64,000 nt of DNA from Akkermansiaceae bacterium (GCA_051251915.1 JBPOGF010000001.1:32001-96000), one strand, 5' to 3'. Counted from the stretch's first letter, positions 37,098 to 48,163 are shown. Translations and numbers: made by a program. Notes: generated by a model not told the origin, from the sequence alone.

Positions 37098-37898
37098 TTA
37101 TTTCATTTCTGGAGTTGTTGGTTCTTTTGCTGGTTTAGGGGCGGCGGCATCTTTAGCGGGTTGTTTTTTCTTAAGAAACCTGAGCGAATGGAGTACTTGC
37201 TGGACATCGCCGTCTGCTAGTCTTCTTTTGACATCGTCTGGTTTTCCCTGAGCGGGATCTAGAAACATCACGGCGATGAGGCCTTGGGGATTATTTTTTC
37301 TTAGGATGGCGACTACTTTCATAAAGAGAATGGAGTCGTCTTGTTTAGTGAGCTTACCTAGTAGGACGGCTGCGTCATAGGGACCTACTTTTGTTTTGTA
37401 TCTTTTGCCGATGGTGATGTCTTTTTGTCCTTTGGCAAATTGGGGGACTAGTTGGGTTTCCATTAGGGTGGCTGACTGGGCTAGTCTTACATCCTGGGGA
37501 AGATTAGTGGGCATGGTGAGGGTAGTGAAGCGGATAGACTCAGCGATCTTTTTGTCTTCGGTTCCTAATGTGAAGCGAACTAGTTCTGGAACCTCTGGTC
37601 GTGGATGGTAATAAAATTTCCCTAGTTCTGAGGGCATGAGGGTGACGGTAAATGGTGCGTGATCGAGAGGTGGTGCTTTATGTTTTTTGGCAAATTCATC
37701 ATCGATGATCCAGGCTTTGCCTTTGCCGAAGGTGTCTGTGACTTTCTCGGGGAGGAATGGAAGTGGTGTTATAGGAGCTGTAGCGGGAGTAGGCGCAGGC
37801 TTAGTTGTTTCAGTAGCATCTTTCTGAACCTCTTGGGCATAGGTGGTGAGGAAGGAGCTAGTGAAGAAGGCGAGGAGGGCGACGAGTGATTTGTTCAT
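37098..37898 (-). CDS. Secreted hypothetical protein
   Basis: Signal peptide and Pro/Thr/Ala-rich termini. Confidence 0.75.
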   Translation of the reverse strand: MNKSLVALLAFFTSSFLTTYAQEVQKDATETTKPAPTPATAPITPLPFLPEKVTDTFGKGKAWIIDDEFAKKHKAPPLDHAPFTVTLMPSELGKFYYHPRPEVPELVRFTLGTEDKKIAESIRFTTLTMPTNLPQDVRLAQSATLMETQLVPQFAKGQKDITIGKRYKTKVGPYDAAVLLGKLTKQDDSILFMKVVAILRKNNPQGLIAVMFLDPAQGKPDDVKRRLADGDVQQVLHSLRFLKKKQPAKDAAAPKPAKEPTTPEMK

Positions 37899-38002
37899 AA
37901 TACTTTACATGCTAACCTGTTCGTGGTGAGTTTGTCGAGGTAATATGAAGCATGGAGGTATGCTCTCTCTTGATGTGATGGAGCGTGCAGCGACTTTGCA
38001 CC

Positions 38003-38896
38003 TTAGTGGTTGAACTGGTCTTCTTTTGAGGGGAGGACGCCAAATAGTTTGCGGTAGTTTTGTGCGAATCGTCCTTGGTGGTTGAAACCAAATAGATGGA
38101 TGATTTGGGTGAGTTCTCCATGGCTCACTGAATGAGATTTTAGGTATTGCCTAACACACTGCATGCGATAGTGGGTGTGGAATTCGATGGGGCCTTTGCC
38201 GTAGACGGCTTTGAATCCTTGCTGGATTGAGCGAGCGGGAGCGTTGAGCATTGTGCTGAGCTCAGTCATTGTGACTGCTTCGGATTTTGTAGCTCTTAGA
38301 ATATTATTTGCATGTACGGCAAGGGCGTTACAAAATGGACGTTGGTTCAATGTAGGGGTGGAGTCGATACTGATGATTAAATCTTCAAGGAAAGTGGGGT
38401 CTTCAGAGCCTTCGGCTAGCATGAATTTGATCCTGGATGCAATGGCGAATTTTGCATCGTGATTGCTGAATCGGACAAAATCATTTCTGAAGAACTGTTC
38501 AAAATTTCGGTGGGTTAGGAGCTCAAATAGTTTCTTGAATTTGCCTTCATCGATATGAATAAACAAGGCGTTATAGGGAGTTAGAAATGAGAAATTAGAT
38601 TCTCTGCCGGGTCTAGAGACTGTGAGATTTAGATCGTAATTTTTAGAGCTCGAAAGTGCGCCGTTGAAGAAATGGGTGTCGTTTTCTGAGAAGTTGAGCA
38701 GGATGCCTGCTTTGGGTTCTAGAACTCCTGAGAATGCGAAACATGTGTTTTCTCCAACTGTGTAGAATGGTGTTAGTTTACGGTTATTTAAGATGCAGAA
38801 TATCTCGTTATTGTGCGAGACCGATTCCATATGGGCAATAGTGGCATATGCTTGGTCGATGAGGGTTGGTTCTATAATTTTTATAGCGTTTTCCAT
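38003..38896 (-). CDS. AraC-family (EutR-like) transcriptional regulator
   Basis: RSIQQGFKAVYGKGP and FGFNHQGRFAQNYRKLFGVLPS. Confidence 0.85.
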   Translation of the reverse strand: MENAIKIIEPTLIDQAYATIAHMESVSHNNEIFCILNNRKLTPFYTVGENTCFAFSGVLEPKAGILLNFSENDTHFFNGALSSSKNYDLNLTVSRPGRESNFSFLTPYNALFIHIDEGKFKKLFELLTHRNFEQFFRNDFVRFSNHDAKFAIASRIKFMLAEGSEDPTFLEDLIISIDSTPTLNQRPFCNALAVHANNILRATKSEAVTMTELSTMLNAPARSIQQGFKAVYGKGPIEFHTHYRMQCVRQYLKSHSVSHGELTQIIHLFGFNHQGRFAQNYRKLFGVLPSKEDQFNH

Positions 38897-39205
38897 TAAT
38901 CTATAAAGGTTACAACAGCTATTATATTGTGTATAGGTTAAAAGCGCTTGGTGATGAGTGTGATTAATTGTTTTCAGTAAATGTGTTTATATCTAGTCTG
39001 AAGGCTAGTGGTGGGGGTGAGCTAGTGTCTATGTATCTTAATGTGTTTTAGGGTATTGTTATTTTATGGAGGGGTGATTACTAGGTGCTTGTTCCTTGAT
39101 TAGAGCGAGGGTTATTTTTTAATACACTTGTTTGGATAGTGGAGCTTTTGCTTAGCGCGTGACTTTTCAGGTTGAAGAAATGGTTTGGCGGAGTATAGAG
39201 GCGGT

Positions 39206-40258
39206 GTGGAAAGATCTAACCGATTTAGCAAGTTTCAGAAAGTAGCACTCGCGGCGTTAGTGTCGGTGATAGCTCTCATCTTTGTGGGGGCTGTAGTGCG
39301 TGCTACTGGGGCTGGGATGGGGTGTCCTGACTGGCCGAAATGCTGGGGGAAATATATCCCGCCGACGGATGTGAGTCAGATCAGTGTGGATGAACTGCCG
39401 TTGGAAAAATATAAGGCGAAGCGTGAGCGGCATGGGGGGAATCCTGATGATATCACTAAGGAAACGGTGCTGGCTGAATTTAATCCGGTGCATACTTGGA
39501 CGGAGTTTGTGAACCGATTGTGTTCTTTGCCTGTGGGGTTGTTTTCTGTGCTGACGATGATCATGGCGTTTCAGTTTACGAAGTCACGTAAATGGGTGTT
39601 TTATGGTGCATTTTCGGCTGTGGTGCTGGTGGGGGTAAATGCTTGGATGGGGGCGAGGATTGTGTATTCAGGGCTTCAGCCTGGGACGATTACGACTCAT
39701 ATGGCTTTGGCTATTTTGTTGATGTGTGTGCAGGTTGCTATTGTTTGGGGTGGTGGTGAGAAGCGCTGGTTGCTAGAGTTTTCTGATGGTAAGAAGGAGC
39801 AATTGAAATGGCTGGGGTTTGGGTTATTTATTTTGATTATTGGTGAGGGGATTATGGGTTCTCAGGTGAGGGAAATGACGGATGCGCTGAAGGTTTCTCA
39901 TGGGAATGCGCCGCGTATCGAGTGGAGTGCTGAGCTTGAGCATACTTGGGTGTACGTGGTGCATCGGAGCTTTTCTTGGGTGATACTGGGGGTAAGTTTT
40001 TGGTGGTTTATTATGTGTAAGCAATATCGTGTGGGTGGGGTGAAGTGGCAGGAGTATATGGTGCTGGGCTTGGTGTTGGCGCAGATGGTGTTGGGGATTA
40101 TTTTATCAAATGTGGGGATTTTACGGGTTGTGCAGGTGTTGCATATTGGGCTTTCTTCATTGTTGGTATGCGGGATGTTTGTGTGGTTGCTTGGGGCATT
40201 TGGTAAGCAGTTTGTAGAGCGAGATCACGGGAGGTTAGTGCGGGGTGAAGACAGCTAG
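39206..40258 (+). CDS. ctaA: Heme A synthase (COX15/CtaA)
   Basis: VRATGAGMGCPDWPKC, WTEFVNR, THMALA, VVHR, QVLH. GTG 39206 is preferred over TTG 39185. Confidence 0.88.
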   Translation: MERSNRFSKFQKVALAALVSVIALIFVGAVVRATGAGMGCPDWPKCWGKYIPPTDVSQISVDELPLEKYKAKRERHGGNPDDITKETVLAEFNPVHTWTEFVNRLCSLPVGLFSVLTMIMAFQFTKSRKWVFYGAFSAVVLVGVNAWMGARIVYSGLQPGTITTHMALAILLMCVQVAIVWGGGEKRWLLEFSDGKKEQLKWLGFGLFILIIGEGIMGSQVREMTDALKVSHGNAPRIEWSAELEHTWVYVVHRSFSWVILGVSFWWFIMCKQYRVGGVKWQEYMVLGLVLAQMVLGIILSNVGILRVVQVLHIGLSSLLVCGMFVWLLGAFGKQFVERDHGRLVRGEDS

Positions 40259-41480
40259 GGGTAAATTTTTACACGATGCAGATCTTGAGAATGGCGTTTG
40301 GAAAAAGACGTTTATCTGGGATTTGTTTAGGGCGTTGCCGATGGGGGTGACGGAGACTGTGGGGTCGACATTTGGGTTGCTGATTGCGATTCGGTATCTG
40401 GATGTGGCGACGCTGAGTAAGTCGTATTTCATGGCGGGGCCGGCGCTGGGGATGTTGTTGAGTTTATTTTCTGTGGCGATGGTGCGGAGGTTGGGGTGGA
40501 GTGTGAATGTGTCTGCTGCGTTGACGTGGGTTATTTCTTCGGTTGGGTTTGGTGTGGCGGCTATGGGGCATGAAAATGTGGTATGTTATATTATTGGTGT
40601 GGTGGTGGCGTTGCTGGCGCATAGTATTTCATCGCCTTTGTTGCCGCAGATTTATAGGCGTCATTATCCGGGGGAGATCCGGGGGAAGTTATTTTCTTTT
40701 GTGGGGATGGTGCGTGCGGGAACGGCTGCGGGGTTTGCTTTTTTTGCTGGGATGTGGCTGGCGGAAGGGCGGATAGGTTATGAGGTTTTACTGTGGGTGT
40801 TTTCTGGGTGTAGTTTGTTGAAGGCATTTTTCACGATGATGATTCAGCCTGTGTATCTGAGGAGGAGTCATAAGTTGAATGTGTTAGATGCGTTTGGGCA
40901 TTTGAAGACTGATTTGGTTTTTAGGAAGTTGATTTCTACGTGGATGTTGTTGGGTATCGGGAATCTGCTTTGTATGGCGTTGTTTGTGGAGTATGTGACG
41001 AATGATTATTATGGCTTTGGCTTTAATGAGGGGGAGATTAGTATGGTGACGACTACTGTGCCGATGTTGGCATTTATCGTGAGTGTGGTGGGCTGGGGGA
41101 TGGTGTATGATAAGATGGAGTTTTATCGGTTGAGGATTTTGGTGAATTTATTTTTCATTGCTGGTGTGCTGATGTTTTTCTTTGCGCCTAGTTATGTTTG
41201 GTTGTGTGTGGGGATGGCATTTCACGGTATGGGGAAGGCTGGGGGGAATGTGTTGTGGAGCCTTTGGACTACTAAGTTTGCGCCTGCGGATAAGGTGGGA
41301 GAGTATATGAGTGTGCATACTTTTATGACTGGTTTTAGGGGGATTATTTCTGCGTTTGTGGCGTTCCCGTTGATCTTGATTGTGGGGCCGCATGTGATTG
41401 GGATGATAGGGGCTGGGTTGATGGTGATTTCTTCGCTGTGGTTGTTGCCGGAGGTAAGGAGGAATTGGGGGAAGGGGTAG
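40245..41480 (+). CDS. MFS-type transporter
   Basis: About 12 hydrophobic helices and YPGEIRGKLFS. Overlaps ctaA by 14 nt. Confidence 0.8.
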   Translation: MKTARGKFLHDADLENGVWKKTFIWDLFRALPMGVTETVGSTFGLLIAIRYLDVATLSKSYFMAGPALGMLLSLFSVAMVRRLGWSVNVSAALTWVISSVGFGVAAMGHENVVCYIIGVVVALLAHSISSPLLPQIYRRHYPGEIRGKLFSFVGMVRAGTAAGFAFFAGMWLAEGRIGYEVLLWVFSGCSLLKAFFTMMIQPVYLRRSHKLNVLDAFGHLKTDLVFRKLISTWMLLGIGNLLCMALFVEYVTNDYYGFGFNEGEISMVTTTVPMLAFIVSVVGWGMVYDKMEFYRLRILVNLFFIAGVLMFFFAPSYVWLCVGMAFHGMGKAGGNVLWSLWTTKFAPADKVGEYMSVHTFMTGFRGIISAFVAFPLILIVGPHVIGMIGAGLMVISSLWLLPEVRRNWGKG

Positions 41481-41578
41481 GTGATGAATGGTTGATACCC
41501 TTTATAGGGGGATTGGTGGCTCTGAGCTTGATTGGTGATAGAATATGGTGGAGGTTCGAGTAACTATTTTACTATTTT

Positions 41579-43603
41579 ATGAAATTTCACACTACTGTTA
41601 CGTTGTTTACTAGTTTGGGTTTGTGCCTGCTTGCGCAGGGGGAATCTAAGAATAAAAAATTTGATCCTAAGCTGGATGATGTGGCTGCGGATGATCAGTT
41701 GCATCCGTTTTGTGTGATGGATGATGTGTATCCTAGTGAGGTGGTGGGGGTGCCAGGGAAGCCTGAGTTGAAGGTTTCTGGGATGGCGTTTGGTGGGGAT
41801 GATCTTTATATGACGGTGTTTACTCCGGATCGGACGAATCAGGCTCCTTTTAAGAAGGGTGAGGTTTATAAGGTGAGTGGGTTGATTGGGAATTCTGATC
41901 GATCTAAGATTATGGCGCATCGGTTGATGGGGGATTTATATGAGCCTACGGGAATAGCTGTGCATGAGGGTAAAATTTATATTGGTGAGAAGGATAAGAT
42001 TTCTCGTTTAGAGGATAAGAATAAGGATGGGGTGTTTACGAATGATGAGAAGGTGGTGCTGATTGAGGGGCTTTCTCATGCGAACTTTCATACTTATACG
42101 GTTGGATTTCCTAAGATAGTGAAGGATGGGAAGACTTATCTTGTGGGGAACTTGACGACTTCGATTCGCTTGGGTGGGTCAAGAGATCTGAATGTGACGG
42201 TGAATCCTAAGACGAAGCGTGGTTCTACGTTTTTGTTTGGGCCGATTACTGGTTCTGAGGGGGCAGAGGATGTGGATATTTCTTATGTTGCAGGTGGATT
42301 TAGGACTCCAAATGGTCTTGGGGTGGGGCCGGATAATGAGATTATTGTGACTGATAACCAGGGGGTGTTTAATCCTTCGAATGAGTTTAACCGGATAACT
42401 GAGGGGGATTTCTTTGGGCACTTTTTGTTGAAGAAGCCGCATACGAATATTTCTGCGTTTCAGCCTGAGGGGGTTGATTCTGGTAAGGGTGGGTCACAGC
42501 ATCAGACTCCGACTACGGTTCATTTGCCTCATGTGATGGTGAATAGGTCGCCGTCTCAGCCGATTATCATGCAGGATCTTAAGGGGGCGATGGCTGTTTA
42601 TAATGGTCAGTGGTTGGTGGGGGAGCATACTTTGGGTCGATTGAATCGGGTCTTTTTAGAGGAGGTGGAGGGGACTTGGCAGGGAGCGGCGTTTTTGCAT
42701 TCTGGGGGGTATGATCCGGAGGGTAAGAAGGGTCTAACAGCTGGTCCTAACAGGATTGTAAAGGGGCCGGATGGGCAGTATTATATTGGTCACATTGGTG
42801 ATGGTGGGTTGTGGAGGTTCTTGCCTAAGAAGGGTGAGGATCCGAAGCCGCTTTATGGGCTGCAGAGATTGTCATTTATTGATCCAGCGAAAATTCCGGC
42901 GGACTTTAATGAGATGGTGGCGGTACGTGATATGAAAGATGGGCTTGAGGTGGAATTGTTTAAGGCTATTAGTCAGGCTGACTTGGATGGGGTTGAGCTG
43001 GATTTGAGTCAGTGGACTTATGTTCCTACGAATGGTTACGGTGGGAAGAACTTTGGGACTGAGAAGCTGAAGGTGACTGGTAAGAAGTTGAGTGCTGATG
43101 GGAAGCGCATTCAACTGACGATTCCTGGGATTCGGGATAATTCATCACCGCTGATTACTAAGGGTGAGTATTCTAACAAGAATGTGGGCTGGGTGATTCA
43201 GGTGAAGATTAATAAGCTGCCACTTTATAAGGATACGGCTTGGTATACGATGATAAAGCATCGAGGTGGTGGGGCTCAGGGTGTGATAGCTAAGGAGGTG
43301 AATGCTAAGAAGTCACCGATGGCTTATGCCAAGGCTCAGCATAAGGCTGTGTGTGCGGCTTGTCACTCAACGGATGGAACGCGTATTGCGGGGCCAACGT
43401 TCAAGGGGATATTTGGTAAGAAGCAGAGTATTGTGCGTGATGGTAAGACGCTGGAGGTGACGGTGGATGATGCTTACTTGATGCGTGCGATTGCGAATCC
43501 GCTTGCGGAGCATCCAGTGGGGTATCCGCCGGCGATGCCTGATCCGGGAATGTCTGTGGATGAGCAGAGGGCGCTGGTGCAGTGGATGAAGACTTTGAAG
43601 TGA
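41579..43603 (+). CDS. Secreted beta-propeller (DUF7133/sugar-dehydrogenase-like) protein with C-terminal cytochrome c
   Basis: Signal peptide, EPTGI, GFRTPNG, TDNQG and GPNRIVKGPDG blades, then CAACH...PAMP heme c domain. Confidence 0.8.
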   Translation: MKFHTTVTLFTSLGLCLLAQGESKNKKFDPKLDDVAADDQLHPFCVMDDVYPSEVVGVPGKPELKVSGMAFGGDDLYMTVFTPDRTNQAPFKKGEVYKVSGLIGNSDRSKIMAHRLMGDLYEPTGIAVHEGKIYIGEKDKISRLEDKNKDGVFTNDEKVVLIEGLSHANFHTYTVGFPKIVKDGKTYLVGNLTTSIRLGGSRDLNVTVNPKTKRGSTFLFGPITGSEGAEDVDISYVAGGFRTPNGLGVGPDNEIIVTDNQGVFNPSNEFNRITEGDFFGHFLLKKPHTNISAFQPEGVDSGKGGSQHQTPTTVHLPHVMVNRSPSQPIIMQDLKGAMAVYNGQWLVGEHTLGRLNRVFLEEVEGTWQGAAFLHSGGYDPEGKKGLTAGPNRIVKGPDGQYYIGHIGDGGLWRFLPKKGEDPKPLYGLQRLSFIDPAKIPADFNEMVAVRDMKDGLEVELFKAISQADLDGVELDLSQWTYVPTNGYGGKNFGTEKLKVTGKKLSADGKRIQLTIPGIRDNSSPLITKGEYSNKNVGWVIQVKINKLPLYKDTAWYTMIKHRGGGAQGVIAKEVNAKKSPMAYAKAQHKAVCAACHSTDGTRIAGPTFKGIFGKKQSIVRDGKTLEVTVDDAYLMRAIANPLAEHPVGYPPAMPDPGMSVDEQRALVQWMKTLK

Positions 43604-43678
43604 TATTTTGCTCTTAGTCGTAAGTTTTCTTGCCAGTGTGGAGTGGATGGCGCAGGATCTGCCATCTACTAACAGACT

Positions 43679-44344
43679 ATGGCGGACGCATTAGAAATAC
43701 GGGGGACTACAAAACAGCGAGTGATAGGAAAGCTCGCGGGTGGATTGATCCGTGTGATGGGGTGGACGCTGAGGTATAGGTATGAGGGGCTGGAGCAGAT
43801 GAGCGGGAAACTTGGTGGTAGGCCGGTTATCTTTGCGTTGTGGCATAATCGGATTTTTGCGATGCCTTATGCGAAGCCTAAGTTGAGTCCAGATAGGGAG
43901 GTTTGTGTGCTTACGAGTGCGAGTAAGGATGGGGCTATTTTAGAGACGGCTGTTAGGTCATTTGGGCTGACGGCGGTGCGAGGATCTAGCTCACGTAGGG
44001 GGGCGGCTGCGCTGGTGGCCCTGCGGAGAAAACTTACCTCTGGGGCGACGGTGACGATCACGCCGGATGGGCCGAAGGGACCGCGGTATAAGGTGCAGCC
44101 AGGGGTGGTGAAGTTGGCGCAGGCTAGTGGAGCTCCGATTGTGGTGGTGAGTGTGAATTATTCTCGTTGCTGGAGGTTTAAGAGTTGGGATAGATTTTGT
44201 TTGCCCAAGCCGTTTTCTAAGGTGATGGTGAGGCTTGAGGAAGGGGTTGAAATTTCGAAAGAATTGAGTAATGATGCGTTTGAAGACGAGCGCATGAAGC
44301 TAGAAGTGCTGATGAATGAGTCAGTGAGAGACGAACCTGAATAG
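43679..44344 (+). CDS. DUF374 lysophospholipid acyltransferase-family protein
   Basis: [39 protein letters not shown]. Confidence 0.9.
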   Translation: MADALEIRGTTKQRVIGKLAGGLIRVMGWTLRYRYEGLEQMSGKLGGRPVIFALWHNRIFAMPYAKPKLSPDREVCVLTSASKDGAILETAVRSFGLTAVRGSSSRRGAAALVALRRKLTSGATVTITPDGPKGPRYKVQPGVVKLAQASGAPIVVVSVNYSRCWRFKSWDRFCLPKPFSKVMVRLEEGVEISKELSNDAFEDERMKLEVLMNESVRDEPE

Positions 44345-44357
44345 AATATATCATACG

Positions 44358-45224
44358 ATGAAAAAGATAGACGGAAAAGCAGTGGCGGAGAAGGTGATCA
44401 GTGAGTGTAAGGATGAGATCGCGGTGTTGAAGGCGAAGGGTATTACACCTGGTTTAGCGGTTGTTTTGGTGGGGGAGGATCCGGCTTCTAAGGTTTATGT
44501 TGGGTCTAAGGCGCGAAAGTGTGAGGAACTGGGGATTTACTCGCTTAAAATAGAGATGCCGGCGGATTCTACTCAGGAGGAGGTGATGAAGGTTGTGGAA
44601 GATTTAAATAATAATGATAAGGTGGACGGTATTTTGGTGCAGTCACCGCCGCCAGCTCACATTGATGAGGATGCGATTGTAAGAGCGATTGATCCGGCGA
44701 AGGATGTGGATGGGTTTCATCCTGTGAATGTGGCGAAGTTGGTGTTGGAGGATCCGAGTGGATTTATTCCATGCACACCGCATGGCTGCATGAGATTACT
44801 AGAGGAAGCTGGGGTGGAGACATCTGGTGCTGAGGCTGTGGTGATAGGTAGATCTATGATCGTGGGGAAACCGATGGCGTTGTTGCTGATGGGGAAATCA
44901 GGGAATGCTACTGTGACTGTGGCGCACTCAAGGACGAAAGATTTAGCGGCGGTTTGTAGACGCGCGGATATTATTGTGGCGGCGATTGGTATGCCGGAGT
45001 TTGTGACTGCGGATATGGTGAAGGATGGCGCGGTAGTGATCGATGTGGGTATCAATCGTGTGGAAGATTCTAGTAAGAAGCGCGGCTATAAGTTGGTGGG
45101 CGATGTGGCCTATGATGAGGTGGCACCGAAGTGCGCTGCGATAACTCCAGTGCCGGGAGGTGTGGGGCCGATGACGATAGCGATGTTGATCAAGAACACA
45201 GTAATCGCGGCTGGGAGGAGGTAG
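44358..45224 (+). CDS. folD: Methylenetetrahydrofolate dehydrogenase/cyclohydrolase
   Basis: [38 protein letters not shown]. Confidence 0.97.
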   Translation: MKKIDGKAVAEKVISECKDEIAVLKAKGITPGLAVVLVGEDPASKVYVGSKARKCEELGIYSLKIEMPADSTQEEVMKVVEDLNNNDKVDGILVQSPPPAHIDEDAIVRAIDPAKDVDGFHPVNVAKLVLEDPSGFIPCTPHGCMRLLEEAGVETSGAEAVVIGRSMIVGKPMALLLMGKSGNATVTVAHSRTKDLAAVCRRADIIVAAIGMPEFVTADMVKDGAVVIDVGINRVEDSSKKRGYKLVGDVAYDEVAPKCAAITPVPGGVGPMTIAMLIKNTVIAAGRR

Positions 45225-45261
45225 TTTTTAGGAGGGGGTGTCGGCAGGTAGAGGTAAGTTT

Positions 45262-45477
45262 TTACCTGCTGATGAAGTAGATGGCGAGTGCCATGCCGCC
45301 GATCCAGACTGCGACGATGTGCGCGACTCCGAAAGATCTGGCGCCAGGTGTTTCAGCGGGGTCGTCAACGTTTGGGCCGAAGAGTTTGTTGTAATTCATG
45401 CAGAGCCAGACGCCTAGAATACTCCAAACGATGAGAAATAGAGCGAGGCCGATTTTGATGATAATTTGTAGAGTCAT
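45262..45477 (-). CDS. Small two-TM membrane protein
   Basis: 71-aa ORF with two hydrophobic helices, in a minus-strand gene run. Confidence 0.7.
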   Translation of the reverse strand: MTLQIIIKIGLALFLIVWSILGVWLCMNYNKLFGPNVDDPAETPGARSFGVAHIVAVWIGGMALAIYFISR

Positions 45478-45502
45478 GGAGTAGTAATTGTTGTTGTTTG
45501 GA

Positions 45503-45799
45503 TTAGTCTTCTTGTTTTTTGAGCCAGGTTTCTAGCCAGAATGGCAAGAAGGGGACTAGACAGGTAAGGAACACTAGGATGGCGGTTTTGAATGACCATT
45601 TTTTGTGTTCCATAGCTTGGTAAAGGGCGATGCAGAATAGGCAAAATAGGAAGCCGTGGACCATGCCTGGTATGCGGATGGCTTCATCATCACCTAGCCA
45701 GCGCTTAAGGTAGAGGGAGCAGTAGAGGAGGTAGAGAAATGAGAGGGCATCGATGATGCTGATGATGCGTAAGCGGGTGATTGGCGAGCTGAGATTCAT
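45503..45799 (-). CDS. DUF3817 family membrane protein
   Basis: RIISIIDALSFL, GMVHGFLF, KW, LVPF. Confidence 0.85.
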   Translation of the reverse strand: MNLSSPITRLRIISIIDALSFLYLLYCSLYLKRWLGDDEAIRIPGMVHGFLFCLFCIALYQAMEHKKWSFKTAILVFLTCLVPFLPFWLETWLKKQED

Positions 45800-45829
45800 A
45801 GTGGTTAGAGTATGGTGGTCAAATTCTAA

Positions 45830-46276
45830 CTAGCGGCGGGCTAGTAGTTGAGGTGGCATATAGATGTTGATGGAGCCTTCGTTGTTGCTGTGGTAGTAGA
45901 AGTGAAAGCCTTCTAGGAAGAAGTGCTTTTTTTCTGGGTGACTTGAGTCACAGCTGATGTGAGTCTTAGCGAAGCCGTCCTTGCTGGTTAGTTCGTATAC
46001 GTGTATGGAGCCTTTGAGTGACGGGAGGTTTTTTTTACTGAAGAGGGCGAGGTTGAAATGTGGGTATTTCGCGATGACGTTACCTTCTATTTCGTAGTCT
46101 GAACCATATTTTGCGCGGTAGGTTAGAGCTGAGTCATCTACTGTATTGATGACTAGAGTTGGAGGTTTGGTGGTGGGGGTCGCTGAGGGAGGGGTGTTAG
46201 TGCCGCAGCTTGCTAGCAGAACAGAACCCGTCATCGCTGTGTATAGCGTGAGGGTTCTGATGAAAGGTTGATTCAT
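45830..46276 (-). CDS. Hypothetical lipoprotein
   Basis: LLASC lipobox followed by a Pro/Thr linker. Confidence 0.7.
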   Translation of the reverse strand: MNQPFIRTLTLYTAMTGSVLLASCGTNTPPSATPTTKPPTLVINTVDDSALTYRAKYGSDYEIEGNVIAKYPHFNLALFSKKNLPSLKGSIHVYELTSKDGFAKTHISCDSSHPEKKHFFLEGFHFYYHSNNEGSINIYMPPQLLARR

Positions 46277-46317
46277 TTTGCTAGAGTTTTAGGGCGTGTT
46301 AGAGGATACGTGCGATA

Positions 46318-47562
46318 TTACTGTGGGATGATCTCTGGGGCGAGCATCTCGGAGAGAGATTGCTGTTGCTGGATGATTTTGAGTTCGCCGTTGTCTAACA
46401 GAAGCTGTGGAGTGGTTGGGAATGAGTTGTAGTTCTTGAGTGACATGGAGGCGCAGTAGGCACCGGCTCCTTCGATGACAACGAGGTCTCCGAGTTCGGC
46501 TTTGTTTAGGGTTCGAGTTGTGAGTGTGTCTGACTCATCGACGGTGAATACATCGCCACTTTCGCAGCAATGTCCGCAGACGACATATTCGACTGATTCA
46601 GAGTTATCGTTAATGATGATGATGGGGTGCTCAGATGCGTAGAGGGCTGGGCGGGTGATGGTGTCCATTCCGGTATTTAGCTTAAGGAATGTGTAGCCTT
46701 CTGAGCCGGTGTTGGAGATGTCATCCACGTCGCAGATGAGTGAGCCGCAGTTGGCGGAAAGGTAGGTGCCTGGTTCGACTTCAAGTTTGTATTCATTGCC
46801 TGTGTTCTCAGCGTGCTTGATGAAGACTGACTTCACGAACTCACCGACCTCTTGAAGGTTAGTGCTTTTTTCTGAGGACATTCTGGCGACTTTAAACCCT
46901 CCACCGAGGTTGACTGTGTGAACATTAGGGAATTTATCCGCTTGGGCTAGAGTCATTTCTGTGACGGCCTTCCATACTTCAGGATCTGAACCTGAGCCGA
47001 TGTGTGAGTGAATGCGGGTGATGTTGAGATTATGCTTGGCTGCTATTTCTGCGACCTGGTCAGTCTGCTCGTGCCAGATGCCGAATGAGGCCGATGGCCC
47101 GCCGACGTTGGTTTTTCTGTTAGAGCCAGAACCGGTGCCGGGATTGACGCGGAATGAAATGTTGGAACCAGGGAATGCCTTGCCGAACTCGTCAATCTGC
47201 TTAAGTGAACAAGCGTTAAATAGGACGCCTGCTGCGACGATTTCTTTTAGGTGCTTGCGTGGGAATTGCTGACCAGTGAGCTGTATTTTCTCGCCTGGGA
47301 TTCCTGCATGGAGGCAACGCATGACTTCATATTCTGATGATGCATCAAAGTGAAGTCCCATGGCCTCAACCACTTTAAGGATGGCGAGGTGTGGGTTGGC
47401 TTTGAGGGCGTAGCGGGCGTTGAGTCCGTAGGCATTAGGGAATGCGGTGACTTCAGCGCATCGTTGCTCGATGGTTTCTCTGCTGTAAACATAGGCAGGT
47501 GAACCGATCTTGGCGACCGCTTGAGAAATGAGTTCAGGGGTGAGAAAGTTTAGCGTTTCCAT
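46318..47562 (-). CDS. lysA: Diaminopimelate decarboxylase
   Basis: YALKAN (PLP Lys), HSHIGSG, NLGGG, EPG, CCESGD, GAY..SM..NYNS. Confidence 0.92.
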   Translation of the reverse strand: METLNFLTPELISQAVAKIGSPAYVYSRETIEQRCAEVTAFPNAYGLNARYALKANPHLAILKVVEAMGLHFDASSEYEVMRCLHAGIPGEKIQLTGQQFPRKHLKEIVAAGVLFNACSLKQIDEFGKAFPGSNISFRVNPGTGSGSNRKTNVGGPSASFGIWHEQTDQVAEIAAKHNLNITRIHSHIGSGSDPEVWKAVTEMTLAQADKFPNVHTVNLGGGFKVARMSSEKSTNLQEVGEFVKSVFIKHAENTGNEYKLEVEPGTYLSANCGSLICDVDDISNTGSEGYTFLKLNTGMDTITRPALYASEHPIIIINDNSESVEYVVCGHCCESGDVFTVDESDTLTTRTLNKAELGDLVVIEGAGAYCASMSLKNYNSFPTTPQLLLDNGELKIIQQQQSLSEMLAPEIIPQ

Positions 47563-47597
47563 GGCAGGAAGTTGCTTTGGGTTATGATAAAATGCAA

Positions 47598-48053
47598 TTA
47601 CTTTTCGTTGGAATTCTTCTGTAATAACTCAATGATAGTTTCGACAGAGATCCTGATATCTTCAGATCCTCCATTTCTCATGTTTCTGAGTAGAGGTAAG
47701 GATTTGGCAAGTGAGGTCCAGGTTTTCTGCTGCCATGGGTTATGTTCCTCGATTTGTAAGAGAGAAACTGTGCAGCTTTTGAGGGTGTCTAGGATTTCAA
47801 GTTTTACCTCTGCTGTGACTAGCTGAGATAGTTCTATCAGAAATGGTATGGTTGGCTCGGCTGCATGGTGGATGCCACCGCTACAGAGTAACTTCCAGAT
47901 CATGTGGTTGGCTTTTATGGCTCTAGGGATTTTACGAGATGATGCGTCTTGTAATAATCTAGGGAGACGTTCTCCGGTTCCTGTAGATGTTTTGTATTCT
48001 GACCAGGCAACATCTCTGAGCCGCATCCATAGTGCTTGTGACATGGAATTCAT
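47598..48053 (-). CDS. Hypothetical helical (HEAT-like) protein
   Basis: LRDVAWSEY...LPRLL...IW..LC...AA..TIPFLIEL resembles a widespread HEAT-repeat N-terminal module. Confidence 0.6.
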   Translation of the reverse strand: MNSMSQALWMRLRDVAWSEYKTSTGTGERLPRLLQDASSRKIPRAIKANHMIWKLLCSGGIHHAAEPTIPFLIELSQLVTAEVKLEILDTLKSCTVSLLQIEEHNPWQQKTWTSLAKSLPLLRNMRNGGSEDIRISVETIIELLQKNSNEK

Positions 48054-48163
48054 GTATAGGCTATTGAGGATTAAGGATAGCAGAAAGTGCTACGGAGGTC
48101 TGTTTTTTCAATGTAGGTTACTTTTTAACTTTACTTAACTATTAAGATCGCTATAACTGAAAC

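Noticed and set aside
46308..46317. ACGTGCGATA, half of the two-component operator motif
   Set aside because: Half-site only, with no matching left arm or correctly spaced -10.
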